Below, piece by piece: positions 1 through 12,659 of a stretch of DNA of 64,000 bases (position 1 is the first letter of the stretch; each line of letters opens with the position of its first letter). Made by a program: the position numbers and the translations under genes. The DNA comes from Eremomyces bilateralis CBS 781.70. Taxonomy: Eukaryota. The stretch is taken from NCBI GenBank assembly GCA_010015585.1, contig ML975159.1; one strand, given 5' to 3'. The notes beneath the pieces were generated by a model, which was given only the letters and a program-made list of their open reading frames with translations, was not told where the DNA came from and ran no database searches.

Positions 1-378
1 TGGTGGACAAAGTGGGAGGTGGGAAAAGGAAGAGGGGTGTATCAGCCACCACTCACCAGATAGGAAATTGTTAAAATGATAGGAACTAGATCACTATTAT
101 TCTAAAGGCTAGCTACATAGTTAATAGATATGCTAAGTTAGCTAATGAATAATCATAGCATGTAGACGGCTCTCGAGAAGACAGTAGAAGCTGAATCCAT
201 TCTTTGGTGCTCTCATCCAGCCACCCATCCACACGAATACTCTCTCCATTTCTCCCATCCTATTGTCCAGGTGGCTATGGAGATGTCTATTGCACATGTA
301 TGTACCTCCATGCGAATCCCAGTTAATCATACCCTAATTACCTGCCATCGTCATCCAATCCCCAATCTCTCTCGGCTG

Positions 379-384
379 CCTCGG
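379..384 (+). promoter_or_regulatory. CCTCGG, candidate FarA/FarB (Ctf1) fatty-acid response element upstream of PEX3
   Basis: Exact hexamer ~300 bp upstream of the PEX3 ATG. The motif is short and could be chance. Confidence 0.35.
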
Positions 385-681
385 TGCCAGCGATGCTAGC
401 GTGTCCATCGTAGCCGGGACCGGGGAGCTCCAATCGAATCTTGGTTTCCCATCAGAATACATTTGCGGATTCGTTACACGCGATAACTTGTGATCTTCTT
501 GTGGTTCAACTAGACAATCAGTAATCAGTCTTCGTTTGACTTCTGGCTGATTGCACCATACCCTACTCACCTCCCAATCTCTCTCCGTCACTTCCTATCA
601 CCACAGTTGGGCCATTGCCCTCGCCACCACAACCGATGCTGTGAATCCCTTCATCATATCGTTTGCAAGGAAAGAGAAAAC

Positions 682-2988
682 ATGTTAGGAGCTACCCGTC
701 GCTGGTTCAAGCGCAATCGCGCGAACCTCGCCATCGGCGCTGGCGTGCTCGGCGCAGGTTATCTAGCCGGGCAATATGTCGTATCCAAACTCATGGAGGC
801 GAGACAGCGGATGAGCGATGACCGGATCGCCAAGGAGAAGTGCGTTCTCCCATATCTACTCTCCCGTAGTGATGATCGTGGAGTGCACTCGGTCTAACAT
901 CCATCCCAGCCTTCGAAGACGTTTCCAGCAAAACCAGGAAGACTGCTCCTTCACAGTCCTCGCCATCCTCCCCACCGCTACCGAAAACATCCTGGAAGCG
1001 CTCCCCGTCGAAGACACGCTCGCGGAGTTGCAGAAGCAGAAATCGGAGCGCATCGCGAGAAGCGGCGCGGGATCCGAGGCGGCGTCGTCGGTTGGGATCC
1101 TATCCGGGCCGGGCAGTACGACGGATGATGATGCGCGAGGAAGCCTGCCGTCTGGGAGCGAGAGCTTCATGCATACCAGCCAGCTGGAGCAGAGCATAGG
1201 GGACGGTGTGGAGGGGCGGGAAATCCCGCCGCAGCCGCTGAGGTCGAAGAAGAGCAAGTTGCAGCTGTGGGGGGACATGAAAGTAAACTGTAAGATTCCG
1301 TCACTGGATATGGAAGGGAGAGAAAACTAATTTGCTGTGTACAGCGATTGCTAGATCATTTACTCTCCTCTATACTCTGGCGCTTTTGACGCTTCTAACG
1401 CGGATTCAATTGAACCTGCTCGGAAGGAGAAACTACCTTGCCAGCGTGGTATCGCTAGCCGCTCCTCAACGACCAGAACCGCGGATTACACTCGAAGACA
1501 ACGATGACGACAATTTCGAGCGGGCATATGGCAACGACTTCGAGACCAACCGAAAATACCTATCGTTCAGCTGGTGGCTGCTGCATAAAGGATGCAAGGA
1601 TCTCATGGAAACGGTCATTTCCGCCGTGACCGAGGTCTTCGGACCTGTCAACCTAAGAGAAGACATCACATTGCAAAAACTGTCCGAATTGACCATCGAA
1701 GTCCGGAAGAAGGTTGAGGGTGCCACCGAGGAAGAAAGAAGGTATGCAACTCTCATCACCACAATCCGAACCTTGACTAACCCCCCCTAGAACCAAAAAA
1801 TGGCTCCCCTTTCTCCTCCCCCCACCCTCCCACGAAGCCTACCTCCTCCACGAGTCCGGGATGATCTCCCCCTCCTCCTCCCCCACTACCACTGCTTCCA
1901 CCCCCCTCATCTCCCCCTCCCTCCGCCGCCTCCTCGACGAAACCTCCGACCTCATCGACTCCCCCCCTTTCTCCTCTGTCCTCACCCAACTCCTCGACGC
2001 CGGCTTCACCCACCTCACCCACAACAAAATCGCTCCCCAAGCCTTCCGCATCCCCCCCGTCTCCGCCTCCGCCGAGCGCATCGTCGAGCTCGTCGACCCC
2101 GCCAACGCGAAGACCAAGATCGCAAGCACCTTGCCCGTCTACCTGCGGCAGGCGCACGCCATCGGCGCGGGCGATGTCGGCGGCGTCGGTGCGGATCAGG
2201 GTCTCGGGCTTGCGGGCGCGTTGACCGGGGTGAGTGAGGCGGGGACGCAGGCGCCCGGGTCAAATGAGTATTTGGCGGCGATGGAGGCGGTGCGCGAGTT
2301 GGAGGCGTTCGCAGCGGTGGTGTATTCGTCGAACTTCGAGTATGAGGTAGCGGAGGCGGCGCCGGAGGGGGATGTGGTTGGACGGGTGGAGAGGTTGGAG
2401 GTGCCCGGTGGGGTGGAGAGTCGGCCGAGTACGGCGGGGACGGGGATTTGGGGGATGGTTGGAGGTGGTGTTGGGGATGAGAGGAGGGGAGAGGTGGAGG
2501 AGATTGTGGAAGTGGAACCGGAGGAGGTGGTGGGTGGAGAGGAGAGTATGGTGGGTGCGGAGAGTGGGTTTGAGGCGGCGTGGGGGAAGGCGACGATGGC
2601 GAGCGAGGAAGTGATCCCGTTGGCGAAGGAAGAAGCACTGGTGGCGAAGGAGGAAGAGGTGCCAGTCCTAGTTGAGAAGGAGGTGGGACCTGAGGTCGTG
2701 GAGAAGCCTGAAGAGGTGGAGCCTGAGGTCGTGGAGCAGCCTGAGGAAGTGGAACCAGAGATCGTGGCCAAGCCTCAGGTGGAACCTGAAGTCGTGACCA
2801 AACCAGAGGAGTTAGAACCTGAGGTCGTGACCAAGCCGGAAGAGGTGGAACAGGAGGTCAAGAACGTGGAGCCAGTGGTTGTGGACAAGGAGGAGGAGAC
2901 GGAGAGGGAAGTGCACGTGGTGGATAAACACGACGCGGGTAAGGAGGAACAGGAGGTGAAAGTGGAAGGTATCGAAGGCAAGCAGTAA
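682..2988 (+). CDS. PEX3: Peroxin-3 (peroxisomal membrane biogenesis factor), 4 exons
   Basis: N-terminal basic + TM segment (MLGATRRWFKRNRANLAIGAGVLGAGYL). Spliced motif ENLRRRFQQNQEDC, plus LTRIQLNLLGRRNYL and LSFSWWLLHKG, all typical of fungal Pex3. Introns ~840-909, ~1290-1344, ~1742-1790. Confidence 0.93.
2686..2880 (+). repeat. Imperfect ~33-bp coding tandem repeat (PEVVEKPEEVE-like) in the PEX3 tail
   Basis: About 5-6 copies of cctgaggtcgtg...cctgaagaggtgga-like units visible in both DNA and protein. Confidence 0.85.
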
Positions 2989-3452
2989 AGAGTGATGACC
3001 TCCTTTTTCCGATTCCTAGCTCGAAGTAAACTTGAGGGATATCTATCGACGATATCTATCTACGAGTCACTCCACGGTTTAGCCAGTGGATTGGCTCTAG
3101 GGCTATATCCGACTCCTCTGTTGACTACACTTGTATCATAGACACCATACAACTATACTACTGGCAGACCTTTGCTTGATTTGTTACTTTTCCTTGAACT
3201 ATTTCCTCCATCCCATCTGAATACTACCACAGGGACGGGCTCTTGGTAGGAAGATGAATTGAGATGGATGGTCACGTGGAAGAGACGTTCATCTGGAAAG
3301 GCACGCGATTCATCTTCACATGTGAATTTGCATTTCTCGAGGTGCGACCACAACATGAGACAAGTAAGACAAATGACCCACCACGTGACAGATTTTCCCC
3401 AGTGACGTCGGCATCGGATTCGGGTTCGACGTCTCCCGCCCTAGAAAACTTA

Positions 3453-3458
3453 CCTCGG
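3453..3458 (+). promoter_or_regulatory. CCTCGG, candidate FarA/FarB element upstream of FOX2
   Basis: Exact hexamer ~410 bp upstream of the FOX2 ATG. foxA is a known Far-regulated gene in Aspergillus nidulans. Confidence 0.5.
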
Positions 3459-3869
3459 GATCTCTTGCACGCCCACTATCCCTCCCAAACAACTAACAGC
3501 CGCTATTATCTACCTTAGCACCTAGCATCGCGGAATACCCACTGCGGTACTCGGAATTGGTTGTTGCGCGGTTCTGGCCTCTGGTTAATCACGAGCTCAA
3601 TCAATCCGCTTAGCCTACTTCCATCGGATCACCGACCATCCCCGAGACTCTCAGCACAGGCATTTGGCACAGGCATATGTATTAAACCTCGATAGCTCGG
3701 GTGTCCGGTTGTTTCTCTCCCCATTTGAATCAACTTCCTCCTTTTCGCATCAACCTTTTAGCTCCTCACTCCTCCATCATCGTCCTCCTCCTTCATCCCT
3801 TTCATTGTGAGCTCGGTGTTCTGGGCTACAACTTTTGGTTGAATCCAGTATACTTCCACATCCCACATC

Positions 3870-6815
3870 ATGGCTGATCAGCTGAGGTATGACGGCCAGA
3901 CCGTCGTCGTTACGGGCGCCGGTGGTGGCCTCGGAAAGGCGTACGCCACCTTCTTCGGCTCAAGGGGCGCAAATGTCGTCGTGAACGATCTGGGCGGCAC
4001 GTTCAAGGGTGAGGGCGCCTCAAACAAGGTACGTCCGGAGTCTCGTCTCCATCCCGCATTCCAGACAGGATGGGTCGGTACATGACATGTGACGAGTAGC
4101 GGACTGACCGGGTTTTGTGTATAGGCTGCCGATGTCGTTGTTGATGAGATCAAGGCGGCGGGCGGAAAGGCCGTCGCCAACTACGACAGCGTCGAGTTCG
4201 GAGAGAAGATCATCGATACTGCCATTCAGGCGTTCGGCAGGATAGACATCCTGATTAACAACGCTGGTATCTTGCGAGATATCAGCTTTAAGAATATCAA
4301 GGATGAGGATTGGGATCTGATTATGAAGGTCCATGTAACTGGTTCATACAAGGTACGTGGCACTCTAGAGATAGATGGACGAAAAACAGCGGAAACTAAT
4401 GTCCACTCAATAGTGTGCTCATGCCGCGTGGCCCCATTTCAGGAAACAGAAGTATGGCCGCATCATCAACACTGCGTCCGCCGCCGGTCTCTTCGGCAAC
4501 TTCGGACAGACCAACTACTCGGCGGCTAAACTCGCCATGGTCGGTTTCACCGAAACCCTCGCCAAGGAGGGCTTCAAATATAACATCTTTGCCAACGTCA
4601 TCGCCCCGATTGCCGCATCCCGCATGACCGAGACCGTCATGCCCCCAGAGGTCCTCGCGGTCCTCAAACCCAAATGGGTTGTTCCCCTTGTCGCCAACCT
4701 CGTCCACTCCTCCAACAAGACCGAAACTGGCAGCATCTTCGAGGTTGGCGGTGGCCACATGGCCAAGATCCGCTGGGAGCGCTCCAAAGGTTTGCTCCTG
4801 AAGGCCGACCCAGAGACGTACACTCCTGAGTCCATCCTGAAGAAATGGGATCAAGTCAACGATTTCAGCCAGGCCGACCATCCGCAGGGCCCCGCCAACT
4901 TCTTGGAGCTGCTCGAGAATGCGCAGAAGCTGCCGCCGAACGAGCAGGGCCCTAAGGTGGACCTGAAGGGTAAGGTCGTCCTCGTCACCGGAGGTGGTGC
5001 CGGTCTTGGTCGCGCATACTGCTTGCTCTTCGCCAAATATGGCGCTAGGATCGTCGTCAATGACCTCGTCAATCCAGACGATGTCGTCAAGGAGATTCGC
5101 GCTCTGGGCGGCGAGGCTGTCCCCAACAAGGCGAACGTCGAAGACGGCCCCGCGGTCGTCAAGTCCGCCATCGAAGCTTACGGCCGCATTGATGTCCTCA
5201 TCAACAACGCCGGCATCCTGCGCGACAAGGCATTCACAAACATGGACGACAACCTGTGGAACCCGATCATGAACGTGCATCTGCGCGGCACCTACTCTGT
5301 CAGCAAGGCCGCCTGGCCCCACATGCTGAAGCAGAAATACGGCCGCATCATCAACACCACCAGCACGTCCGGCATCTACGGCAACTTCGGGCAGAGCAAC
5401 TACGCCGCCGCGAAGTGCGGTATTCTCGGCTTCTCCCGCGCCCTTGCCCGTGAGGGTGCGAAGTATAACATCTTCGTCAACACCGTCGCCCCTAACGCCG
5501 GCACCCAGCTCACCGCCACCGTCATGCCAGAGGAGATGGTCCAGGCGTTCAAGCCCGACTACGTTGCGCCGATGGTCGCGTTGCTGTGCAGTGACGTGTG
5601 CCCCGAGCCGACCGGCAAGCTGTACGAGATCGGCAGTGGCTGGCAGGCGCAAACCCGCTGGCAGCGGACCGGAGGACACGCGTTCCCTATCGACGTGGAG
5701 CTGACTCCCGAGGAGGTGTTGAAGTTCTGGAAGCCGATCGTCACATTTGACGAACGTGCGGATAACCCGGATGACCAGCAGTCGGGCTTGGCCAGCATCA
5801 TGGCGAACATGTCGAATAAGACGAAGGGTGACAGCGGCGAGAGCGAGACCAATGAGTATCTGGAGGCGCAGAAGAACGCTTTGTCCGCGAAGGCTGAGGG
5901 AACTCCGTTCGATTACGAGCAGAAGGATGTCATCCTCTATAGTAAGTTGCTACATACCCGCCACCCATACCCCATCTCTCCTCTCCCTCAACCGTTTTAT
6001 ATCTGTATACTAATTTCTCACCTCCAGACCTCGGAATCGGCGCCAAGCGCGACGACCTCCCGCTCATCTACGAAAACAACGACAACTTCCAAGTCGTTCC
6101 CACCTTCGGCGTCATTCCCCCTTTCAACGCCGTCTCCCCCTTCAGCATCGGAGACCTCGTCCCCAACTTCTCCCCCATGATGCTCCTCCACGGCGAACAG
6201 TTCCTCGAAATCCGCCAATTCCCCATCCCCACCGAAGCCAACCTCGTCTGTTACCCCAATCTCGTCGAGGTCGTCGATAAGGGCAACGCCGGCGTCGTTG
6301 TCTCTGGCTCCACCACCAAGGACAAGCGCACCGGTAAAGACGTCTTCTACAACGAAAGCACCGTCTTCATCCGCGGCGCCGGTGGCTTCAACGGCGCCAA
6401 GAAGGGCCGCGACCGCGGCCCCGCCACCGCCGCCAACAAGCCCCCCGCCCGCCCCGCTGACAAGGTCGTCACCGAAAAGACCACCGAGGAGCAAGCGGCG
6501 CTCTACCGCCTCTCGGGCGACTACAACCCGCTGCATGTGGACCCCGAGTTTAGCAAAGTCGGCGGGTTCAAGGTGCCGATCCTCCACGGGCTATGCTTCT
6601 TCGGGATCAGCGGGAAGCATATCCTGCAGACGTACGGACCGTTTAAGAACATCAAGGTGCGGTTTGCCGGGTCAGTGTTGCCTGGGCAGACGCTGCGCAC
6701 GGAGATGTGGAAGCAGGGTGGGAAGGTGGTGTTCCAGACGACGGTGGTGGAGACGGGGAAGCTGTGCATTTCGGCGGCGGGAGCAGAGTTGCTTGGGGGA
6801 CAGGGGAAGTTGTAA
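3870..6815 (+). CDS. FOX2: Peroxisomal multifunctional beta-oxidation enzyme (two SDR dehydrogenase domains + MaoC-type hydratase 2), 4 exons
   Basis: Two Rossmann [16 protein letters not shown] motifs, NNAGILRD twice, GNFGQxNY twice, hydratase motif [14 protein letters not shown] and ILHGLC, C-terminal GKL. Introns ~4029-4124, ~4353-4413, ~5942-6028. Confidence 0.97.
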
Positions 6816-7634
6816 GTGGGTACGGATCAGAGGATCCGGTGGGCGTTAAGTGAAGACGGACGTCCATGTACCATGGAGATGAGACACGCGCAGGAAAGCG
6901 GTTCCGGTTGTACTCTTATTGGTCGAACATCTATCTTGGGCATATATGTGGTTTTTGAGCCAGCTTTGCCGTCTTTCTGTTAGCTTGTAAAAAGTTGCAC
7001 ACTTCTTTCCTCCAATCTACCGTTTATTTCTACATGCCTGTGTCGTCATTCGTGATGTGTCTCAACTCTTCTTAGCGCAAGTCCATGCTTCGATGTCATG
7101 AACCGCGTCTGCTAGTCGCCCAACCACTATGGCACTTGGTGGGAGGGCTGGGATATGGGACTGGAGATTGGAAAGAGGCAGTTATCGTGGCAATGGGCCA
7201 AACACGGAATTGAGGAAGCAACGTAAGGGTGCTCGACTTCGTGCCAGAATCGAAATGGAGAGTGCCGACGCGACAATGCTGACGCCTCGCATACCGCTGA
7301 GAATGTCCCTGGCGCTACCTAGGCGTAGATAGGTGCGAGTTGCCCGTTAAGTTTGGGATATGCGGAGTCATCGACTGGTAGGTATATCCGGAGTCCATCC
7401 CCGCGTGTCTGTCCAATAGTGCTGGTAGGACACATATCTCTACAGCTGCGAATAGGCACACTACCATGGAGGGATGAGCTATCTCCCCCATATCCCTGGC
7501 AGTGGTAGGGGGTTGAGATCGGTCAAACCTTTAAGGGCCACCGGTTCACCGGCTCCCCGACAGTAACGAACAGCAGCCTGTAGAAAAAAAAAAATTTAGT
7601 TGGATCTTCCAAATTGCGCAATGTTCTCGATCTA

Positions 7635-9400
7635 CTACACAAGTGTGAATGTGTAGATGTATCTTGCATGCCCATTTTTTACAACCGTCCGTACCGTCCC
7701 GAATCGCTCCGCGGCGAGTGGTTCCACCCCATAGAAGACCGGAGAGTCCTCCGTCGTCAGATCCGGCCGCTTCATTTGAAAGCAACCAAGGCGATGATAC
7801 TCCCTGGCGGACGCTCCAGTGGGTTGAACGAGAAGGCCGACAACGGAAGCGTCCAAACGTCGTAGAGTGCTCCCTACGACAAAGTTCTCGATATCTCTCC
7901 AAATCACAGGACCGTCAAGGGAAGCCCAGGACCAAGTTGGAGCGCGGTACACCTCCTGCCTTTGGATCTTATATTGGAAGTGTGGTCTCCGTAATAAATC
8001 GCTGAAGAATCCCTCCGTCCACAGTCCAGCGAGGTAGCTGCCATGCCTCCCATCTGAAGCCAAAGAATACGCGATCCCAGCAACTGCAGGGAGTTTGTCC
8101 TTTTGGTATGTGAGTGCACATGCGGTGAAGAGTTTCACGATATCCTGCCAAGGGTCACCGATGGTAATAAAATTCTCAGCTGTGGAGCTCTTCTCTGGCG
8201 TAGGTGTGTTCGTTTATAATAGTGCGCGTCCAACGGTTCCATCGGGGTTCCATGTGGAAGTACCTCGCAGGCATATGTGTGGAAACACTCCCAGAACACC
8301 TGTTGCCGAGCAAAATGAATCGAGCGTCTGCTAAGAAATCGTTCCTGAACCACCCAGCCTCGCTTGAGAAGTGGGGCGAACCCTTTGACCATGTTGTAGT
8401 AGGAGTCCGCGTAGACAAGACACGTCCTCGGGCCACTGCTTTCCCCAAACCAGCTGTGTGTGCGTGGTACGCTCACATGACAGGGCTGTAGCACTGAGGT
8501 GCTGCGTCGGAAGAACAGGCCGTGAGAAGAATTCGCTGCCCCCATTGCGGCAATGTTAAAGTAAGATCCACCGTAGACATGGCCCATCTTCTGCGATTCT
8601 ATACGCCAGTCCGCAGGATCGTCCTGTAGAATACAGAGGGAGTCGATCCATATGTAGTCGACACTAAATTTCCTGGCAACAGCGACGGCATCCCGGAAAG
8701 TTTGGGGTAAACCTGTCTCTTCCACACCGGCAGCCAGGCTCGGCTCAGTGGCTATAGTTAGAGCGAGCGGCATCACTTTGCCCCAGCAATGACTCAGAGT
8801 GACATATGAAGAGGATGCGGTTTTTCCAGTGAGAGTATCACCAATTTTTGCCAAGTCATCGGTACAGTGGAGTCGAACCCGACCCGGTATCCGGATGTCG
8901 AGGAGTCGCTTTGGAAGAGTCAATGGGCCTAGTGAAGGATCACAGTAGGGATGATCGGTTGGATTGCATGCCGTAAGCCAATTCGATATCTTCTTGAACG
9001 TCCCCTCGGATTCAGTACAGCTATCTAAATTCGTGGCGACCTCCAAGTTTGGCGGACCAAGAGTATTAGTTGGTTGAGCTGCGTAGTACGTTAGTGTATA
9101 GCTGACGGACAAGCCAAGGACGTTTCCACTCAGTAACAAAACATACCACATTGTGAATCTAGCGGTACGACCAGAAAATCCATCAGTCCTACTCTGATGC
9201 CACTGAAAACATGCCAAAAGCGAAGCACTGAAGACCTTGACCTGGGCTGACTATCACCCTAAGTAGATAGGTGGGCCGTTTCCCATATCCTCCGCCACAG
9301 GTTTCGCACGACGGGAATCATTCAAGCTGATGGCGATTTCAGTTTCCAAATGGGTACAGATATAGCACCCTTGGCGGCGTGATCTCTTCACCCCAGGCAG
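7635..9400 (-). pseudogene. HET-domain (heterokaryon incompatibility, TIR-like) gene with frameshift
   Basis: YVTLSHCWG, LPQTFRDAV, YIWIDSLCILQDD, MGHVYGGS and RGWVVQERFLS in ORF 8135-9217. The C-terminal motifs (DKLPAVAGIA, YLAGLW, YRAPTWSWAS) lie in another frame (7635-8138) with no convincing intron between. Intron ~9079-9146. An upstream GCYIC motif near 9355-9370 is followed by a stop. Confidence 0.8.
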
Positions 9401-10284
9401 TCCTTGTTTGAAGGCTTGACTATCCGAGCGAAATGGAACGGCGAAGATTTTCTAGCAGCATATGGTACACAGAGCACAGAGTTTTCAAGCTCTGCATTGT
9501 GTGCCCCGGTTGGGTTCTTCTTGGTCTTTGTCTCCGAACGCGAAATCCTCTTAATCAATCTTTTAGCTGGAAGAAATTCTGTCATTCTAAATCCTTGCTC
9601 ATCAAACGATTATCGAGGGGCGTTCTTCGATGAAATGTTTCCAAAAGCGACGTCTTAAATAGGCAGTTGATGAACACCGGAACTGAAGCAGCATCCACCT
9701 GCGTAGCACGAAATCTATGCAATTAAACACACCTCATCTCCACGCATTGAGTGGCATAGGGGTGTTCAGGACGTCGAGCAAAGCATCCGTGCCCAACATG
9801 AAGTAGCTTACTTCAATCAACACTATCAAGTTATCTGACGAGTGCTGCCAAGCCTTGGTTTATGGTCCAGCATCTGGTCTCTGCAAGGCTCCAATCTGCG
9901 GTGGCCTTGCTGTAAGTCCGACTTGGAACTGAAGCAATAGACGGGTAGAAGAGCCGCAAGCACGCTCACAGTGCTCGCCTAGCATTAAGATGCAGATGTT
10001 GAGCTCCTCAGCACAATTGAGAAATCAGAAAACTCACGTCCTTACTCGACTTTACGTTGACCCTCTAGATGTTTGTAAATGTGAGGATAGCATTATCATA
10101 TCAAAGCCGTGTCGTGAGGGGAAAATAGGCTAACTGTATATGGAAGGTAAAATAAAAAATACATCACACTAAGCATCTAGCAGCGTAATAAATAACAACT
10201 CAAAACTCCAAAAATTTCGTCGTCCAACGTCTTCCATTTCAGGAACACATTCAACCAAAATGACCAACAAAGCTTGACGACATT

Positions 10285-11213
10285 ATGGCAGCTCCCGAAG
10301 AGTTGCAAAAGGATTTTTTGTCCTTGGACTCTTTCTCAGATGAGGAAGAGCTCAACGACGAACGCATTGCCGAGCTTTTGCTGGAAGCCGAAGCGCGACT
10401 CCGAGAAAAGGCTGTAGCCAAGTTTCCAGAGCGAGCGACAAATGCAACAGGCTCCCGGTTACCGAAGCTAAATCCTGGCTCGATCGAGAAACCGTATGTC
10501 AGTACCGATGGAGGCATTGCCAAAGCAGACTCTGCACGGCTGCTTGACCCGACGCAACGGAAGCTCGCTTCCCAAGTGCGAAAGGTCGAGGATCCGGTGA
10601 TGGTGAAGAAGCGAGAGTTAGAGGTAAGTGGAACCATTTTTCTTTAAATCTCTGCAGTTGAATGAGGATAATATCCATAACATCTTGACGCATGATCTCG
10701 ATCCCATTCTGGGTTCGCCGTGCACTCATGAAAGTTTGAATTCTTTTCATAGTTACTCTGACTCTTTATGCCATACTTCGATGTTTCTTCAAATTATCCT
10801 TGATGACTTTAGCTGACTGCAATCGCTAGACGAAGAAGGCCACAGCCGGTCCTGAGTGGTTCAATCTCCCACGAACCGACCTGACTCCCGAACTCAAGCG
10901 AGACCTTCAGCTTCTTAAGATGCGCAGTGTCCTTGATCCCAAGCGCCACTACCGAAAGGAGACTGGAAAATCCAAAGCCCCGGAGTTCGCGCAAGTTGGA
11001 ACCATCATCGAAGGTCCGACGGAGTTCTTCAGTGCTCGGTTGACGAACAAGGAGCGGAAGAAGACCCTGGTTGAAGAGATCCTCGATGCTGAGCGCGAAG
11101 GCGGCCGGTTCAAGAGGAAATACAACGAAATCCAGGAGAAGAAAATGAGTGGGAAGAGGGGGCATTACAATGCACTCAGAGCGAAGCGAACCAAACAATT
11201 CAAGCGTCGTTGA
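10285..11213 (+). CDS. FCF2: Fcf2 pre-rRNA processing protein, 2 exons
   Basis: Intron ~10624-10829. Spliced TAGPEWFNLPRTDLTPELKRDLQLLKMRSVLDPKRHYRK and QVGTIIEGPTEFFSARL match the Fcf2 domain. Confidence 0.9.
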
Positions 11214-11324
11214 ATTTTTCTTCATGGGATGAAGTCGCCTTTCATGGTTGCGAATGCTCAACCTCTCTTGGACCTATATCCCTGGCAAACACTATTTACA
11301 ATTCGATGGTATGCAGAGAACATA

Positions 11325-12659
11325 TCACGGCTTATGTATATCAGCCAGGATTTGCTTCACGAGAGCCTACTATGGTTAGTTTTGTATTCCCAGTCAACGA
11401 GCGAAATCGTACTAACCTGCATATCTTCAGCAGCGAACCGTCCTGTCTCTAGCACCTCCTCGTGGTTGGCTTTTCCACGACCGAGGAATTCCTCAAGCTC
11501 ATCCTTCCTCATCCCTTGCACTTGCGGATCGTCACCGCGAACGCCTGCCTCAAGAACAGACTTGTTTGTGACAAGGCTGAATGCGAGCACCCGGATACCC
11601 GAGTGCCTTGCAACGGTGATCTCTGGCACTGTTGACATGCCGACAACGTCTGCGCCAAGTGTGCGAAGCATTCGGCATTCTGCTCGGGTTTCGAAGCTGT
11701 GGGGAGTTAGGATACTGCCGCTGAATGGCGCTATATGTTACTTACCTTGGCCCCGCACAGAAGGCATATACGCCCTCATGTAATCGACGTGGATTGCCTG
11801 GGGTACGATCCAGGACGATTTTCCAAGCCGCATGTGCTCGTCGCCGCAGCTCGAGATCGTATGCATCCGACATTGGAGGGAAGCGAACACCGAAGTCTTC
11901 GGCATTGGACCCGCGAAGGGGATGGAAACCAACAATGCCAGCCATGTTCAGGTGCTATGTAGTTGGTCAGCCGGGAGCAATGCGAGAATGGATGAATATG
12001 TTGCTCACATCATTGAGCAGTATTATATCTCCAACATTGTATGTCTGATTGAGTCCGCCGGCGGCATTGGTCACTAGCGAGATTAGCATGAAAAATATGA
12101 GTGCTTGCTTGGCTTATCACACCTATCATGATCTCAACGCCAAGGATCTTGCAAACGCGTGTAGCATATGTTGCCACCCCCATATCGTGGCCTTCGTAGA
12201 AACTAATCAGTCCATAAGCATCGGCTGATAACAGCATTTGACTGATTGAACTGACTGTGCACGTCCAACAAGTAGAACGATCGGCGTACTCGATTCGCCT
12301 ACAGTGCCGAACACAAGCTTTCCGTCATGCCCAGGAACTGTATCAATCTGTCAGGTATCCTGTACAGCCACGAGCTCCATGATCCCTTAACGATCTGTTA
12401 TGGCGCCTGTTGCCGACCCAATGATCGAAGGGGCTGAAAGGCGTTGTAGCAACTTACCAGTACTCTGTGGAAATCCTGGGACATCTTGATACGGTATCTC
12501 CACCTTCAACTCCTGGTTCACGGTATACTGAAGCCCACCCAGCCCGGAGCCGCACACGATTGCTAATTTGGGGTGATGCAACGCCTCCGGCAATCGGGTT
12601 CGCAGAAGTGCAGCCGTCCCCGTCGCACGAACGAACAGTGACTCTGGTTCTGTTGCCAT
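11325..12659 (-). CDS. PNP1: Purine nucleoside phosphorylase, multi-exon
   Basis: [63 protein letters not shown]. The last exon is predicted as [13 protein letters not shown]. Confidence 0.92.

Noticed and set aside
60..150. TA-rich stretch suggestive of RIP
   Set aside because: Too short and at the window edge. No repeat element could be identified.
2686..2880. Regularly spaced repeats that might suggest a CRISPR array
   Set aside because: In-frame coding tandem repeats with no unique spacers, in a eukaryotic context with no cas genes.
4396..5679. 427-aa antisense ORF over FOX2
   Set aside because: Shadow ORF caused by the strong codon bias of a GC-rich dehydrogenase gene. It has no independent motifs.
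7583..7594. Poly-A run downstream of the HET gene as a possible retro-insertion tail
   Set aside because: It reads as poly-T on the HET coding strand, the gene has an intron, and no target-site duplication was seen.
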